The position numbers and the translations under genes are program-made. Positions 46,979 through 56,434 of a stretch of DNA of 64,000 nucleotides are shown here, one piece after another; the stretch's first letter is position 1; each line of letters starts with the position of its first letter. Source of the stretch: an uncultured virus (IMG/VR IMGVR_UViG_3300033888_000043) (taxonomy: Duplodnaviria > Heunggongvirae > Uroviricota > Caudoviricetes); the IMG/VR virus record IMGVR_UViG_3300033888_000043. The stretch is one strand, 5' to 3'. The notes beneath the pieces are model-generated. The model saw only the letters and a list, made by a program, of their open reading frames with translations, ran no database searches and was not told the DNA's origin.

Positions 46979-47278
46979 ACGTAGGGCGCTTGCAGCACTC
47001 ATGATATGAGAACCTTTCTGCTGACTGTTTTCTGGCTGGCCATGCTCATCGGCCTGCCGATGTGGATCGGACAGAACTATCCAATGCCCGGAGGAGAGGC
47101 GACCGTGCTCGTGGTTGGCTGGCTGATTTCGATGGCCGTGGCCGGGGTGTTAGGCTGGGAAAAAGGCAAACGGGAGCGCTAGGCTAACCGGTGAATATTT
47201 AACCAACACAACCTGACACCACTACCGAAAGTAGCTTTCAGCTTTCAGCAATCAGCCTTCAGCCCGTTCCCGACAGCG

Positions 47279-47340
47279 CCGAGCCGCACGATTCGAACGG
47301 CAGCCCCGCTCCCGGAACCAGGGAAGCGCCTTGCGCTCGG
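47279..47340 (-). ncRNA. tRNA-like fold lacking a D-arm (tentative)
   Basis: Minus strand CCGAGC...GCTCGG closing stem, a 7-nt-loop hairpin and a GTTCGAATC T-loop; bracketed by inverted heptamer arrays. Confidence 0.35.
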
Positions 47341-47383
47341 TTGCGCAAAAGCTGAAAGCTGATAGCTGAAAGCTGAAAGCTCT

Positions 47384-48919
47384 TTACGCCATCCATCCCC
47401 GTTCGCTGATAACAACCTTGGGAGGCGGCGCCGGGCGCGTGGGCTTCACGATCATTTTGTCGGTGCTGCCTTCGAGATAACGGCTGGAATCCATCAAATG
47501 ATCGTCCTTTTTGACGACCTTCGAAGAAATTCCGAACACCGTTTCGATGTTCATCCTGTGATACCGCAGGAATTCCTTTTGCCAGCGCGGCAGCGTCCTA
47601 AATACTTTCAGGCGGCCGGACTGCATGCGCTCCAGCATGTGCCGCAAGCCGGCTTCGACGCTGTTTGGGGCAAGCTGCAGATTCAGCCTGTGCTCGACCT
47701 TGTAAATCCGAAACAGCTTTTGCCCGTCGACCTGGCTGGATCCCAAACTGCCCGGGTCGATGAAGCCCGGTATCCACTGGTCTTTGTTATCGCGGCCCTT
47801 GATGGCGATCGCGTGCAGCGCCGGGTTGTACTCCTCGGAGTAGTATTCCCGGTAGAGATACAAGATGTCGTTGGGCTTATCGAGCGCGCCCCAGACTACG
47901 GCGGTTTTGCCGACGTCCATGCCGTAGCCGCGCGGCCAGTGCGACGGGATGTCGAAGGGATCGACCAGCAGCGAATCCAGCTCCACCGGATAGATGGCGC
48001 CTTCGCCCTGGCCCGGTTCGCCCAGCTCGCGGGTCTTCAGCAGGTGCGGCTGCCCGGCGTACTTCCGGCGCATTTCGGCTTTGACTTCTTCGCTCAAGTG
48101 GGGTGCGTCGTTCCAACCGATCTGAATGTAGAATTTGGACGGGTCTTCGGATTCGAGGAAGCTCTTGACGACTTCGCTGTATCCGGCCAGCGGCGTGAAG
48201 GTGATGAGCATCAGGCCGTTGCGCTCGCCGGGCCGGGTGGCCATCAGCCGGATCGTGCACTCGTCGTAAACATCGGCTGGAGGCTCTTCATCTAACCATA
48301 CGAGGTCCCGCTCTGTCCCTTCAAAAGCGTCCCGGTCTTTGCCGTATGACTTGAAGCCCAGCGTGCTCTTGCCGCCGGAGACGTGCTGTATCCAAGCCGT
48401 ATCGATGGCATCGGATATGCCGGACTTGGGCGACGGCTTGCCGATGATGCGCTCCCGCGGAATCATGCCGGTGCCAAGGCCCAGCGTGGCGCGCGCGTCG
48501 TCGCCGGCTATGCGGCTCAACTTCCCGAGCAGCTTGCCCTGCACGATATCGCGCGTGGTCTCGCCGGTCTTTCCCGCTACCCAGGCATCGATGGGCCGGT
48601 CGAAGCGGCGGCCTTTCCACCAGGCCGGATAGTCCCCGGTCAGGTGCAGGCTGACTTCATAGGCGCCGAGGCCTTCCGACTTTCCAACGCGATTCCCGCA
48701 GATGGCGAGCCGTTCGTTATGTGTCGCGCCGGCCGCGAAGAATGCGCAGTGCTTGGGGTACAGGTCCCGGCGTAGCGGCCCCGTCTCCGGGTAGAATGTG
48801 GCGAATTTATTGCTCAGCCGCCTGCGGTTCCGTTGCTCTTTCCACGTCGCCACCGTCTCTCTTACTAAGTCGAGCGATAAGCTGCTCTCCAGCGGCAATT
48901 CGAGATTCAAGCTCCTCAT
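47384..48919 (-). CDS. terL: Terminase large subunit
   Basis: GNRVGKS Walker A, LVWLDEEP Walker B, TFTPL, GMDVG, DDHLMDSSRY; true start may be GTG near 48853. Confidence 0.95.
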   Translation of the reverse strand: MRSLNLELPLESSLSLDLVRETVATWKEQRNRRRLSNKFATFYPETGPLRRDLYPKHCAFFAAGATHNERLAICGNRVGKSEGLGAYEVSLHLTGDYPAWWKGRRFDRPIDAWVAGKTGETTRDIVQGKLLGKLSRIAGDDARATLGLGTGMIPRERIIGKPSPKSGISDAIDTAWIQHVSGGKSTLGFKSYGKDRDAFEGTERDLVWLDEEPPADVYDECTIRLMATRPGERNGLMLITFTPLAGYSEVVKSFLESEDPSKFYIQIGWNDAPHLSEEVKAEMRRKYAGQPHLLKTRELGEPGQGEGAIYPVELDSLLVDPFDIPSHWPRGYGMDVGKTAVVWGALDKPNDILYLYREYYSEEYNPALHAIAIKGRDNKDQWIPGFIDPGSLGSSQVDGQKLFRIYKVEHRLNLQLAPNSVEAGLRHMLERMQSGRLKVFRTLPRWQKEFLRYHRMNIETVFGISSKVVKKDDHLMDSSRYLEGSTDKMIVKPTRPAPPPKVVISERGWMA

Positions 48920-49469
48920 CCGATAGCGATCCGACTCCCAGTTTCAAGCTGCCGGAGTGCTCGTGCTCCATCTTGCGCTTGCCCCAGGTCTCCGGATAGA
49001 AGGTTTCGAGCGTCCGGAGCAGTACGCTGTCCGATACTTTATGCTTGTAGCCTACAAGCATCCCGCCCTGGAAGACCGGCTCGTCCCAACCCAGGGTGGC
49101 ACGCTTGACAGCGCGATCTTGCAGTCCTTCTCGCCCCAACTCCCAAGCTTCGTCGAATGCGGCCTTGTAAGCCGGATCGTCCTTCTCGCGCCGCTTGTGC
49201 TGGCACCGGATACGCTCAGCCAGCTTCTCGACGAGCTTGGCGCGTCGTGCCTCGCGTGCCCGCTGCGCGGTCGCGGCGGCTTCCCGCTCCGCTTTGCCCG
49301 GACCGCTCAATCCGCCAGGCGCGAGGATCGGGGGCTGGACCGGCGGGTGCAGCGCTTCTGCTGCGCGGTGTGCAGCGTCGCCGATGTCGGGCCAGACGCT
49401 GATGGCGGTGAGAAAGGCGCGCACGCCGGGGGGTAGATTTTTGGGGTCGTAGGAGCTTTCAGCCATCAA
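48807..49469 (-). CDS. terS: Terminase small subunit
   Basis: DPAYKAAFDEA..L...A..RA..G..EPVF.GG..VG....SD..L; directly upstream of terL. Confidence 0.8.
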   Translation of the reverse strand: MMAESSYDPKNLPPGVRAFLTAISVWPDIGDAAHRAAEALHPPVQPPILAPGGLSGPGKAEREAAATAQRAREARRAKLVEKLAERIRCQHKRREKDDPAYKAAFDEAWELGREGLQDRAVKRATLGWDEPVFQGGMLVGYKHKVSDSVLLRTLETFYPETWGKRKMEHEHSGSLKLGVGSLSDEELESRIAAGEQLIARLSKRDGGDVERATEPQAAEQ

Positions 49470-49479
49470 CTTTCAGCTT

Positions 49480-50496
49480 TTACGCCATGAGCCATTGCGT
49501 CCAGGCGAGGCGCGCGTCCCGGTTGTAGCTGTCCAGCGCTTTCCAGCCGTCGAGTCCCGCGTTTCGATTCCGCATTAAGGCACAGCCGGCGTTGGCAATC
49601 GCCAGCGCACTGTCCGGCTCGGCCATCCAACTCTGAGGCACCCATCCGACCGCCGCCGAAACCACGCTGGGAACGCCGCACGCGCAACCGTCGGCGGTTA
49701 CGTTATTGAACGTCTCGGTGAAGCTGGGCTGCAGGAGCAGGTCCATGCCGTACAGATACCGCACGAAGTCGTCGTGGGACAGCCACGGCACCGGAACCAG
49801 CGTCACCGAGGGGTTGAGTCCCAGAATCGCTTGGAGGTTCTGGCGGCTTTGCGCGGCGCCTTCGTCGCGTCCGGTGGAGACGTGGAAACGCACCGGAGCG
49901 CCCAATGTGCGCGCCATAATCATGCTCGCCACGGTCGCCGTCAGCCAATTCTTGAGCACGCGGCTGGCGCCGAAGAGCCCGACATTCAGAATGTGGCCGG
50001 CGCGCCACGGTTCACGCTCGCGCCGGGTCTGCGCGGGCAGGTGGTACAAATTCGGCAGCCAGGTGAACGGCATCCCTGTGGCCGCTTGCATGGATTCCGC
50101 CAATTTTTGGGAGTTGGCCGCCACACAGAAGTTCTTTTGACTGGCTTCGAGCGCCATGTACAACGGCAGTGAGGCTCCAGCAAAGCCGTCCTGTGCGAGG
50201 AATCCCAGATTGGAATGGTATACCAGGGTGAAGCGCTTCGCCGGGAACGCGGCAAAGAGCTTGCCTAAAAAAGGAGCGTCCACGAAAGGCGCTTCCATCA
50301 CCACGTGGGTTACGTCGCTCCACGGACCGGCCAGTTGCGACCAGATATACTCGCCATGTGGCACAGGGTACGCGGTGACGTCGAGCCGCTGCTCCCGCAG
50401 CGATAGAGCCGTGGTGGCGGCCGTGATTCCCAGCCCTTGGTGGCAAGCGGTCGCCGATTCGATTGCGGGGTTCTTAAAAAGGAGAATGGCTTTCAT
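49480..50496 (-). CDS. Glycosyltransferase (GT-B/GT4-like)
   Basis: FGASRVLKN, DLLLQPSFTETFNNVTADG..CGVPSVVS. Confidence 0.8.
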   Translation of the reverse strand: MKAILLFKNPAIESATACHQGLGITAATTALSLREQRLDVTAYPVPHGEYIWSQLAGPWSDVTHVVMEAPFVDAPFLGKLFAAFPAKRFTLVYHSNLGFLAQDGFAGASLPLYMALEASQKNFCVAANSQKLAESMQAATGMPFTWLPNLYHLPAQTRREREPWRAGHILNVGLFGASRVLKNWLTATVASMIMARTLGAPVRFHVSTGRDEGAAQSRQNLQAILGLNPSVTLVPVPWLSHDDFVRYLYGMDLLLQPSFTETFNNVTADGCACGVPSVVSAAVGWVPQSWMAEPDSALAIANAGCALMRNRNAGLDGWKALDSYNRDARLAWTQWLMA

Positions 50497-51547
50497 CGAG
50501 GATCAGTGTTTTCGTCCGCTACGCAGCCAGGCTTTGGCCGCGCCACGATCAGGTTGCAATCCCGCGAGGACTCCAGGCAGTTGTGCGAAAAGTCGAAGCC
50601 ATATTCCCACCCTTTGCGCGTGCTCTTAGCTTCCACCTTCGTTTCGCCGGACCGGGCGTCGCCGGTTGGGTCGCCGGTGTACTTGTCCCGGATGTAGCGC
50701 TCGACTGCCCGCCAATGCCGGTCGGCTTCGCGCTTCTGGGTGGCCGCCAGGGCTACGCCTTGCGCGTCAGGAGCGTCAAGGACGATGAACCGGACGTCCT
50801 GCGCGGCGACGTGCTCCCGCCAAGCCAGTCCGATTCCGATCAGCGCCAACCACAGGCAGGAGAGCGGTAGGAGTAGTCGCACGGTGGGCTTAGGCCTTCA
50901 GCAGCTCCGAAATCGAGATGCCCCAGAACCGCGCTTCCATATTCATCTCCGAGACGCGGGCTTTGAAGCGGTCGCGGAAGGCGCCCAGGCTGGATTGGAG
51001 TTGGTTAATCTGGCGCTCCTGCGCCTCGTTTGCGTTGGTCAATGCGTTGACGTGATGCAAAAGGCCGCTGCTTTCGCGGCTAACTGCCAGCAGGCGCTCC
51101 GCGAGATCGACAGAGCACTCGACCGCGTCGTCCCGGTCCTTCCTCGCTTGCGCCAACTCGGCTTGGGCTTTCGCCAGTTCCTTCTTCACGTCTCGTTGTG
51201 TCATTTTGGTTATTGTTTTACTCTTCGTCGCCATACCAGCGAGCCCATCGCAAAAGTCCCGCGGTCTCTTCGTCCGACTCCGGATAGCGCGGCGGATTAT
51301 GCAGGGATCTCATCGATTACGTCCCCGCGTGTCCCACCCGGAGCGTCGCGATTTCCATATCCCGCTTGCAGATTTCCTGGCGCACGTAGACCTTATCGAC
51401 TTCATCTAGAATGGTGTTCTTCATCGCCCCCAACTCAGTGCGTGTCTCGGCTTGATCGACGCGGAGGCGCAAGGTGAGCCAGACGTTGAGGCTTTGGCCG
51501 GCCAAAACGAGCAAGGCTACAATGGCGGTGATGAGGGGCGGGGGCAT
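50493..51547 (-). other. Three small membrane/coiled-coil CDSs (50493..50882, 50890..51234, 51317..51547), possibly lysis-related
   Basis: N-terminal hydrophobic segments and coiled-coil patterns. Confidence 0.5.
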
Positions 51548-51552
51548 AGCAT

Positions 51553-52431
51553 TTAACTCACATTTAGAGGAGTGACACCTGCCTGCGCGTTGTACTGCGC
51601 GACAAGTCGCTGGACTTCGGCCAGCGTGACCACGGGCGGCGGAGGAATCGTTTCCACCATCCATGTGGCCTGCCCAAATAAGGCGTTTGCCGGCGGCACC
51701 AGCACGAACTGCTGATCGGCCGCGAGCGGCTCGATCGGGACCGGCAGCGTCATGGCGCCGGCGGGAACCAGGGTAATTTGCTGGTCCGGAATCGATTGCA
51801 CCGTGGGATCGTTGGCGGGCTCGCCATCGGCGGGCGCGTAAATCCAATGTTGCGGCGCACCGACGCCCGCGCTGTCACGCTCGAGTATCAGCGTCTTGGC
51901 GTGGAGGTCGAAGCCTGCGCCGTACGGCGAAACGCCGTTGACCAGGATGCACCATTGGCGCCTGAGTTCATCCGCGGGAAAGACGGCATAGAACATGCCA
52001 TACGCCTGCTGCGCCACGGTTACGGTCTTGCCGGGGAACAGGAAGGCAATCGCGCTCGCGACGGCCTGCGCTTCCGCTTCCATGCACAAGGTGGCCGGAT
52101 CGATCGGCGTGGGAGCGATTTCGGAGACCAGGCAATTCTGTGTGGCGTCTGTCGGTGTCTCCACGTATGCCGGGTAGTTGTAGCTCCCGGGCAGATTCAC
52201 CGTGGAGGCAATCGCGGACGGCAGCGGCAAGGTGATAAGTTTGCCTGCGGCGGTATCGAACATCAGGTACGGCTGGCCGTTGGGTGCCGGATCGAACCAG
52301 TTCTTGACCGGCTTCGTCGGATCGAACGGCGGTGCCTGCTTGCCTGTGACTGCGAGATAGCCCGCGCGCGTCAGATAGACGGCGAACAGGTAGAGTGCGG
52401 AAATCGGAGTGAGATTCAGGGAGGGAGTCAT
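51553..52431 (-). CDS. Hypothetical protein
   Basis: 292-aa ORF from ATG 52431. Confidence 0.7.
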   Translation of the reverse strand: MTPSLNLTPISALYLFAVYLTRAGYLAVTGKQAPPFDPTKPVKNWFDPAPNGQPYLMFDTAAGKLITLPLPSAIASTVNLPGSYNYPAYVETPTDATQNCLVSEIAPTPIDPATLCMEAEAQAVASAIAFLFPGKTVTVAQQAYGMFYAVFPADELRRQWCILVNGVSPYGAGFDLHAKTLILERDSAGVGAPQHWIYAPADGEPANDPTVQSIPDQQITLVPAGAMTLPVPIEPLAADQQFVLVPPANALFGQATWMVETIPPPPVVTLAEVQRLVAQYNAQAGVTPLNVS

Positions 52432-52504
52432 GTTTTGTTGTTCAGCCGGAAAGTGCCGGCAGCTTTGCACTTGGACGCAGCGGCAGGCGCACCAGGCCAT
52501 TTAG

Positions 52505-53173
52505 CTATCCACCCCACCCTGCCAGCCGATCGGCGCGCGTCTCGCGCTCGGTCGAGCGGACGTAACGCATAGTGTTGCGGATGTCGGCATGTCCCATGTG
52601 GTCTTGTACCTCAACGATGTTACCGTTCAGCCACTTTGTTACGTGCGTGCCGCAGGAATGCTTCAGGCTGTGCGGATGCGCCTTGTCGAGCGGGATGCCT
52701 GCCAGGATGCAGTAGCGGCGGAACAGCACCTCGATCATGTCGGAGCTGATGCCGCGTTTGCCGCGCAAGCCGGCCACGAATTTATGCGGACAGTCGCGCG
52801 ACGGAAATAGTGGGCCGTTGCGTTCCAGATTCTGCACAGCGGGCCATGGGTAGACCCTGGTCCAGGCTTTCAGCGCCTTCGTTTCGATGTCGAGGAGCAC
52901 GTGCTCCGCCGTAATCGATCCCTTGCAGCGTCTCACCAGCAGGCGGGGCCTGCCCGGTCCGGGCCGGTAATCCTGATACATCAGCCGGCCAGGTTCCGAG
53001 GCTCTGAGGCCGCGGTGATACATCAAGCGAAAAATGGCGCGGTCCCGAATCGAGCGGATCACGCGGAAGAAGCGCTCGATCTCTTCTTCTGTGAGATAGG
53101 TGGCTTCCTTCTGCGCCTTGCGCGGACCACGCTCGCCGCGGGATAGCTGTTTTGTCACGAGCGTTTCGTTCAC
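52505..53173 (-). CDS. FimB/FimE-like tyrosine recombinase (catalytic domain only)
   Basis: YLT.EEI, RDRA...LMY.RGLRASE, RCKGS, HPHSLKHSCG, MGHADIRNTMRY; no arm-binding domain. Confidence 0.88.
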   Translation of the reverse strand: MNETLVTKQLSRGERGPRKAQKEATYLTEEEIERFFRVIRSIRDRAIFRLMYHRGLRASEPGRLMYQDYRPGPGRPRLLVRRCKGSITAEHVLLDIETKALKAWTRVYPWPAVQNLERNGPLFPSRDCPHKFVAGLRGKRGISSDMIEVLFRRYCILAGIPLDKAHPHSLKHSCGTHVTKWLNGNIVEVQDHMGHADIRNTMRYVRSTERETRADRLAGWGG

Positions 53174-53650
53174 GGTGGGGCCGAGTGGCGGGGTTACTCT
53201 TTTTCGTGTTCGAAGATCCGGCAGTGCTTTTTTCTCCACGTCCAGATCGGTGCAAGAGCCTTCGGGCGACGCCCCGGAATCCGCACGGCCTTCTCGCGGA
53301 AACGCCGCGCATCGGCCAGGAACGCGCGCGCCAGTTTTTCCAGCGTCAGGAGTTCGCTCTCGATGACCGCGCGGCTGAAAGCTGATCGCTGAGTGCTGAG
53401 TGCTTGCTTCATGCGGTTTCGTCCAACACGAAGATCCGCACCAGTTTTCTGTCGCTGAAACAGTCACAAGCCGTGGCAATATACGCCAGGCGGTCGTCAT
53501 CCAGCACCACGTCCACCACGGGATAGAGCTTGCGAAGATCCACGAGCTTTTCCGTTGATATCCGGTGGAGCGGGACCGTATCCGCTTTTGGCCTGGCGCG
53601 AGGTGCGGGGGCGCTCCGTAGCGCGGTCGCAAGTTCGATGGCTTCTGGGC

Positions 53651-54151
53651 TCATGCTGCTTTCTTCAATTCCAGCCAGTCCACATCCACCTCGGCCGAAA
53701 CCGACTTGCCGATGCCTGCCACGTTAACCACAATCCGGTTATGCTTGCCGACTCTGACCACTACGCCGTAGACGCCCGCCATGGGGCCATAGCGGATGTG
53801 CACGTTGGTGCCGCTGGCAAGCTGCTCGGCGGTAATGCCGGTCGCGGATTCCACGCTGGGGGACCGCTCCATGATCCTTACGCTCTCGATGGTCAGGTCG
53901 GGGATGATGGCCGGCTCGCCGTCGGTCTGCAGGATGCGGATGACGTGCGGGTTTGCAATTATGAGCGGGGTGCTCTTGAAGCGCGCGAAGACATAGCCGG
54001 GGAACAGCGCGCGGCGGACAATCTCTTTTTTGCGCCCGTGCCTCACTTCCACCGAACGCGATGGCCAATAACTCTTGGCACCTTGCGCCTCGAGGCGATC
54101 GGCAACCAGGTCTTCGTGGCTGGTGTGGACTTGGAGGACGTACCAGGGCAT
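53651..54151 (-). CDS. NusG-family (RfaH/UpxY/LoaP-like) antiterminator
   Basis: WYVLQV, ALFPGYVFA, KOW motif V.I..GPMAGV.G.V. Confidence 0.9.
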   Translation of the reverse strand: MPWYVLQVHTSHEDLVADRLEAQGAKSYWPSRSVEVRHGRKKEIVRRALFPGYVFARFKSTPLIIANPHVIRILQTDGEPAIIPDLTIESVRIMERSPSVESATGITAEQLASGTNVHIRYGPMAGVYGVVVRVGKHNRIVVNVAGIGKSVSAEVDVDWLELKKAA

Positions 54152-54189
54152 CAGACTGCGACCTCGAGGGGTGCTGGGTTCTGGTTGCT

Positions 54190-54340
54190 GGGTTCTGGCG
54201 CGGGCTTGTGCTCTATCGCCCAGGCGCGCAATGCGTCGGCGCAGACCGAGCACAGGAACTTGTTGGGTTCTGGCGCGGGCTTGTGCTCTATCGCCCAGGC
54301 GCGCAATGCGTCGGCGCAGACCGAGCACAGGAACTTGTTG
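54190..54340. repeat. Two-copy 75-bp tandem repeat within ORF 54151..54477
   Basis: Unit encodes NKFLCSVCADALRAWAIEHKPAPEP twice. Confidence 0.92.
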
Positions 54341-54749
54341 CCGCTGATCGCGCGCCCGCATTCCACCTTCAGGTCCCCGAGTTCCAGGCCGGGGCAGGGA
54401 TGCGACCCTTTGACGGGAGGCTGGCGGAGCCGCGTTTTGGATCCCCAGATCTTCTGCCCGATGTGAAACTGGCCCATTAGGCTTCGACCACCTCGTCTGC
54501 CGGGAAGAGCATGCTGGCCTGATATCCGCGAACCAAGACGCGAACGAGGTATATCGGATCGCCGAGGAGGCGCTGTGTCAAGCTGACTGGCAGGCCGTCA
54601 AGCTGGCTGACCTCGCGTGTGTTCAATCGTAATTGCATCGCGCTTTTAGCTGAAAGCCGAGAACTGAAAGCTGAAAGCTTCTTTTCGGACAGCCTCCGGC
54701 CCAACAGGGTGAAAACCCCGGTGCCAAATTCGGCGGTAAAGTCCTTCGC

Positions 54750-54962
54750 TTACGCGACTTTGCGTTGCGAAAACTGTGCGCGGATGTGCCGCTGGAAGTG
54801 CTTGCCCAGCGAGTCCGACGCCATGAGTGCTTCGTATTGCTCGGGTGCTACCCCGTCGTAATCGTGCGTGGCGCCCGAGTTGAACTGCAGCCGCAGCGTC
54901 TGGCTGGCGGGATCGTATCCCACCGCCGAGAGGCATTCGGAAGTGACTGGGGTTATTTCCAT
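54750..54962 (-). CDS. KTSC domain protein
   Basis: VTS..LSAVGYD.....L.LQF.SG...DY.GV....Y..LM.S.S.GKHF...IR. Confidence 0.88.
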   Translation of the reverse strand: MEITPVTSECLSAVGYDPASQTLRLQFNSGATHDYDGVAPEQYEALMASDSLGKHFQRHIRAQFSQRKVA

Positions 54963-55032
54963 GTGATGCGGTCCAGAAAGTCGCAGCCGAGCCCCAAAGC
55001 CAAACACGCTAGGCCCAGGATTAGCAAGGTGC

Positions 55033-55515
55033 TCATGCCGCCCTGCTTTTGCCGGCGGCTGATGGCTGAGTGCTGACAGCTTCCTGCAACGCCGTCACGT
55101 TGTAGTTCCGGGGTCCGGTGCGCACCTCGGCCACGTTATCCTTGACGAATTTCTTGCCCAGTTGCGACCGCAGCTCCGCCAGCGTGATCGAGAAGGCCGC
55201 GAAAGGATCCGCCTTCAGGTGCTTCAGCCGCTTCCATGCGAGCTGTTTCACCTCGATTGTGATAGGACGTTGAATCTCGCGCGGCGTGATCTCGAGCTGG
55301 TAGGCTTTGCCGCGGCAGAGCTGCTGGCTTTCGGCCGCCAGGTCGGGGTACCGTCCGGCCAGCTCCTTGAGAATAGCCGCGCGAGTCGCTGCGTGCGGGT
55401 TGATTTGGGGAATGAATAACTTGAACTGCCGATCGGCTTCGCCGTATCGGTCAACTAGTGTTTCGGTAGGGAGAGAGGAGAGGTCCGAAATGTCAGACTT
55501 TGGTTCCCTTGCCAT
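55033..55515 (-). CDS. Hypothetical protein
   Basis: TATAAT 5 nt before ATG. Confidence 0.7.
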   Translation of the reverse strand: MAREPKSDISDLSSLPTETLVDRYGEADRQFKLFIPQINPHAATRAAILKELAGRYPDLAAESQQLCRGKAYQLEITPREIQRPITIEVKQLAWKRLKHLKADPFAAFSITLAELRSQLGKKFVKDNVAEVRTGPRNYNVTALQEAVSTQPSAAGKSRAA

Positions 55516-55582
55516 TTCAGATTATATGGTAAGGGCAGAGCCCCGATTTTGTATGTACGCAATTACAATGCGTAGTTTTCAA

Positions 55583-55984
55583 CTACGTTTTGGGGTCGGG
55601 GTCAGCGTCTGGGGGAATGCTCGCGATGTCCTCGCCAGCGCCGCGCGCGTAAGTGCAGAATGGCTCGCCGCACGTGCAGCCTTCGGGGTGTTGCTTAATG
55701 CCGACGGCGGCGCCGGCCTTGGCGCGGCTGTGAGACATAGCCCAGCGCGTCAGAAGCGCCTGGGTGTGGATGCGCAGCCCCTGCCGGAGGTGTTTGGCGT
55801 GCCCGGTGATTGTAGACGTTGAGACGCTTAGCGAGTAGGCAATCTCTTTGATGGTCTCGCCGCAGGCGAGGAGAAACACGATCAGTCGTTCGCGGCGCGA
55901 GAGTATCGCGGCGTCCTGGGGCGCGGCCGTGAGCTTCCCGGTTTCCGGGTCGATCAGCCTCTGCCGGATATGTTTGATAACAAT
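55583..55984 (-). CDS. LuxR-type HTH regulator with HPxGCxC...C tail (start uncertain)
   Basis: LSRRER.IV.LLA.G.TIKEIA..L.VS.STI..H; HPEGCTCGEPFC. Confidence 0.75.
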   Translation of the reverse strand: MVIKHIRQRLIDPETGKLTAAPQDAAILSRRERLIVFLLACGETIKEIAYSLSVSTSTITGHAKHLRQGLRIHTQALLTRWAMSHSRAKAGAAVGIKQHPEGCTCGEPFCTYARGAGEDIASIPPDADPDPKT

Positions 55985-56107
55985 CCCCTTTTGGGCATCG
56001 ATTCCATATCCCCACTTTGAGGATACTGCATTTGGGGGCTTGTGTCTCGCTGTGCAAGCGTTGTAAATAAAGAGTATTGCACCTGTTTTTTCGATTAAGG
56101 GAGCCCG

Positions 56108-56434
56108 ATGACACTGAAACTGGTACCGCAGCGTAGCCAAAACGAGGTGAAGCTGTCCGCCCGGCAATGCGAACTCTTGCGCTGGCTCGACAAGGGTTTC
56201 GCGCACAAAGAGATTGCCGCGCGAATGGGCGTGGCGCTGGCCACGGAAATGACGAACTTCGGCCACATCAAGGAGAAGCTGGGCCTGGCCACGCGGTCGG
56301 AAGTACGGCGCTGGGCGCAGACGCACACCGCCGCGGTCGCCACGCCGAAGACGCCGGCGCCGCGCGAGCTGCACCCGGACGGCTGCCCGTGCGACGCGCA
56401 CTATTGCCGGGGGCAACGGCTGCTGGCGGCCTAA
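56108..56434 (+). CDS. LuxR-type HTH regulator with HPxGCxC...C tail
   Basis: LSARQ.ELL.....G...KEIA..MGV...T......IKEKLG..TRSE; HPDGCPCDAHYC; AAGGGAG SD. Confidence 0.85.
   Translation: MTLKLVPQRSQNEVKLSARQCELLRWLDKGFAHKEIAARMGVALATEMTNFGHIKEKLGLATRSEVRRWAQTHTAAVATPKTPAPRELHPDGCPCDAHYCRGQRLLAA

Larger units (their letters stand above)
44263..47226 (+). mobile_element. IS1-family element with passenger genes (2964 bp)
   Basis: 26-bp TIRs GGTAGTGGTG(T/C)AGGTTGTGTTGGTT-type with one mismatch at 44263-44288 and 47201-47226; 8-bp TSD GAAAGTAG at 44255-44262 and 47227-47234. Confidence 0.95.

Noticed and set aside
52505..53632. Tyrosine recombinase as the prophage integrase with an att site
   Set aside because: No arm-binding or core-binding domain, mid-operon position, and no host-phage boundary visible in the window.
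54190..54340. 75-bp tandem duplication as a functional repeat system
   Set aside because: Only two identical copies in one small ORF; a recent slippage event or assembly artefact is sufficient.
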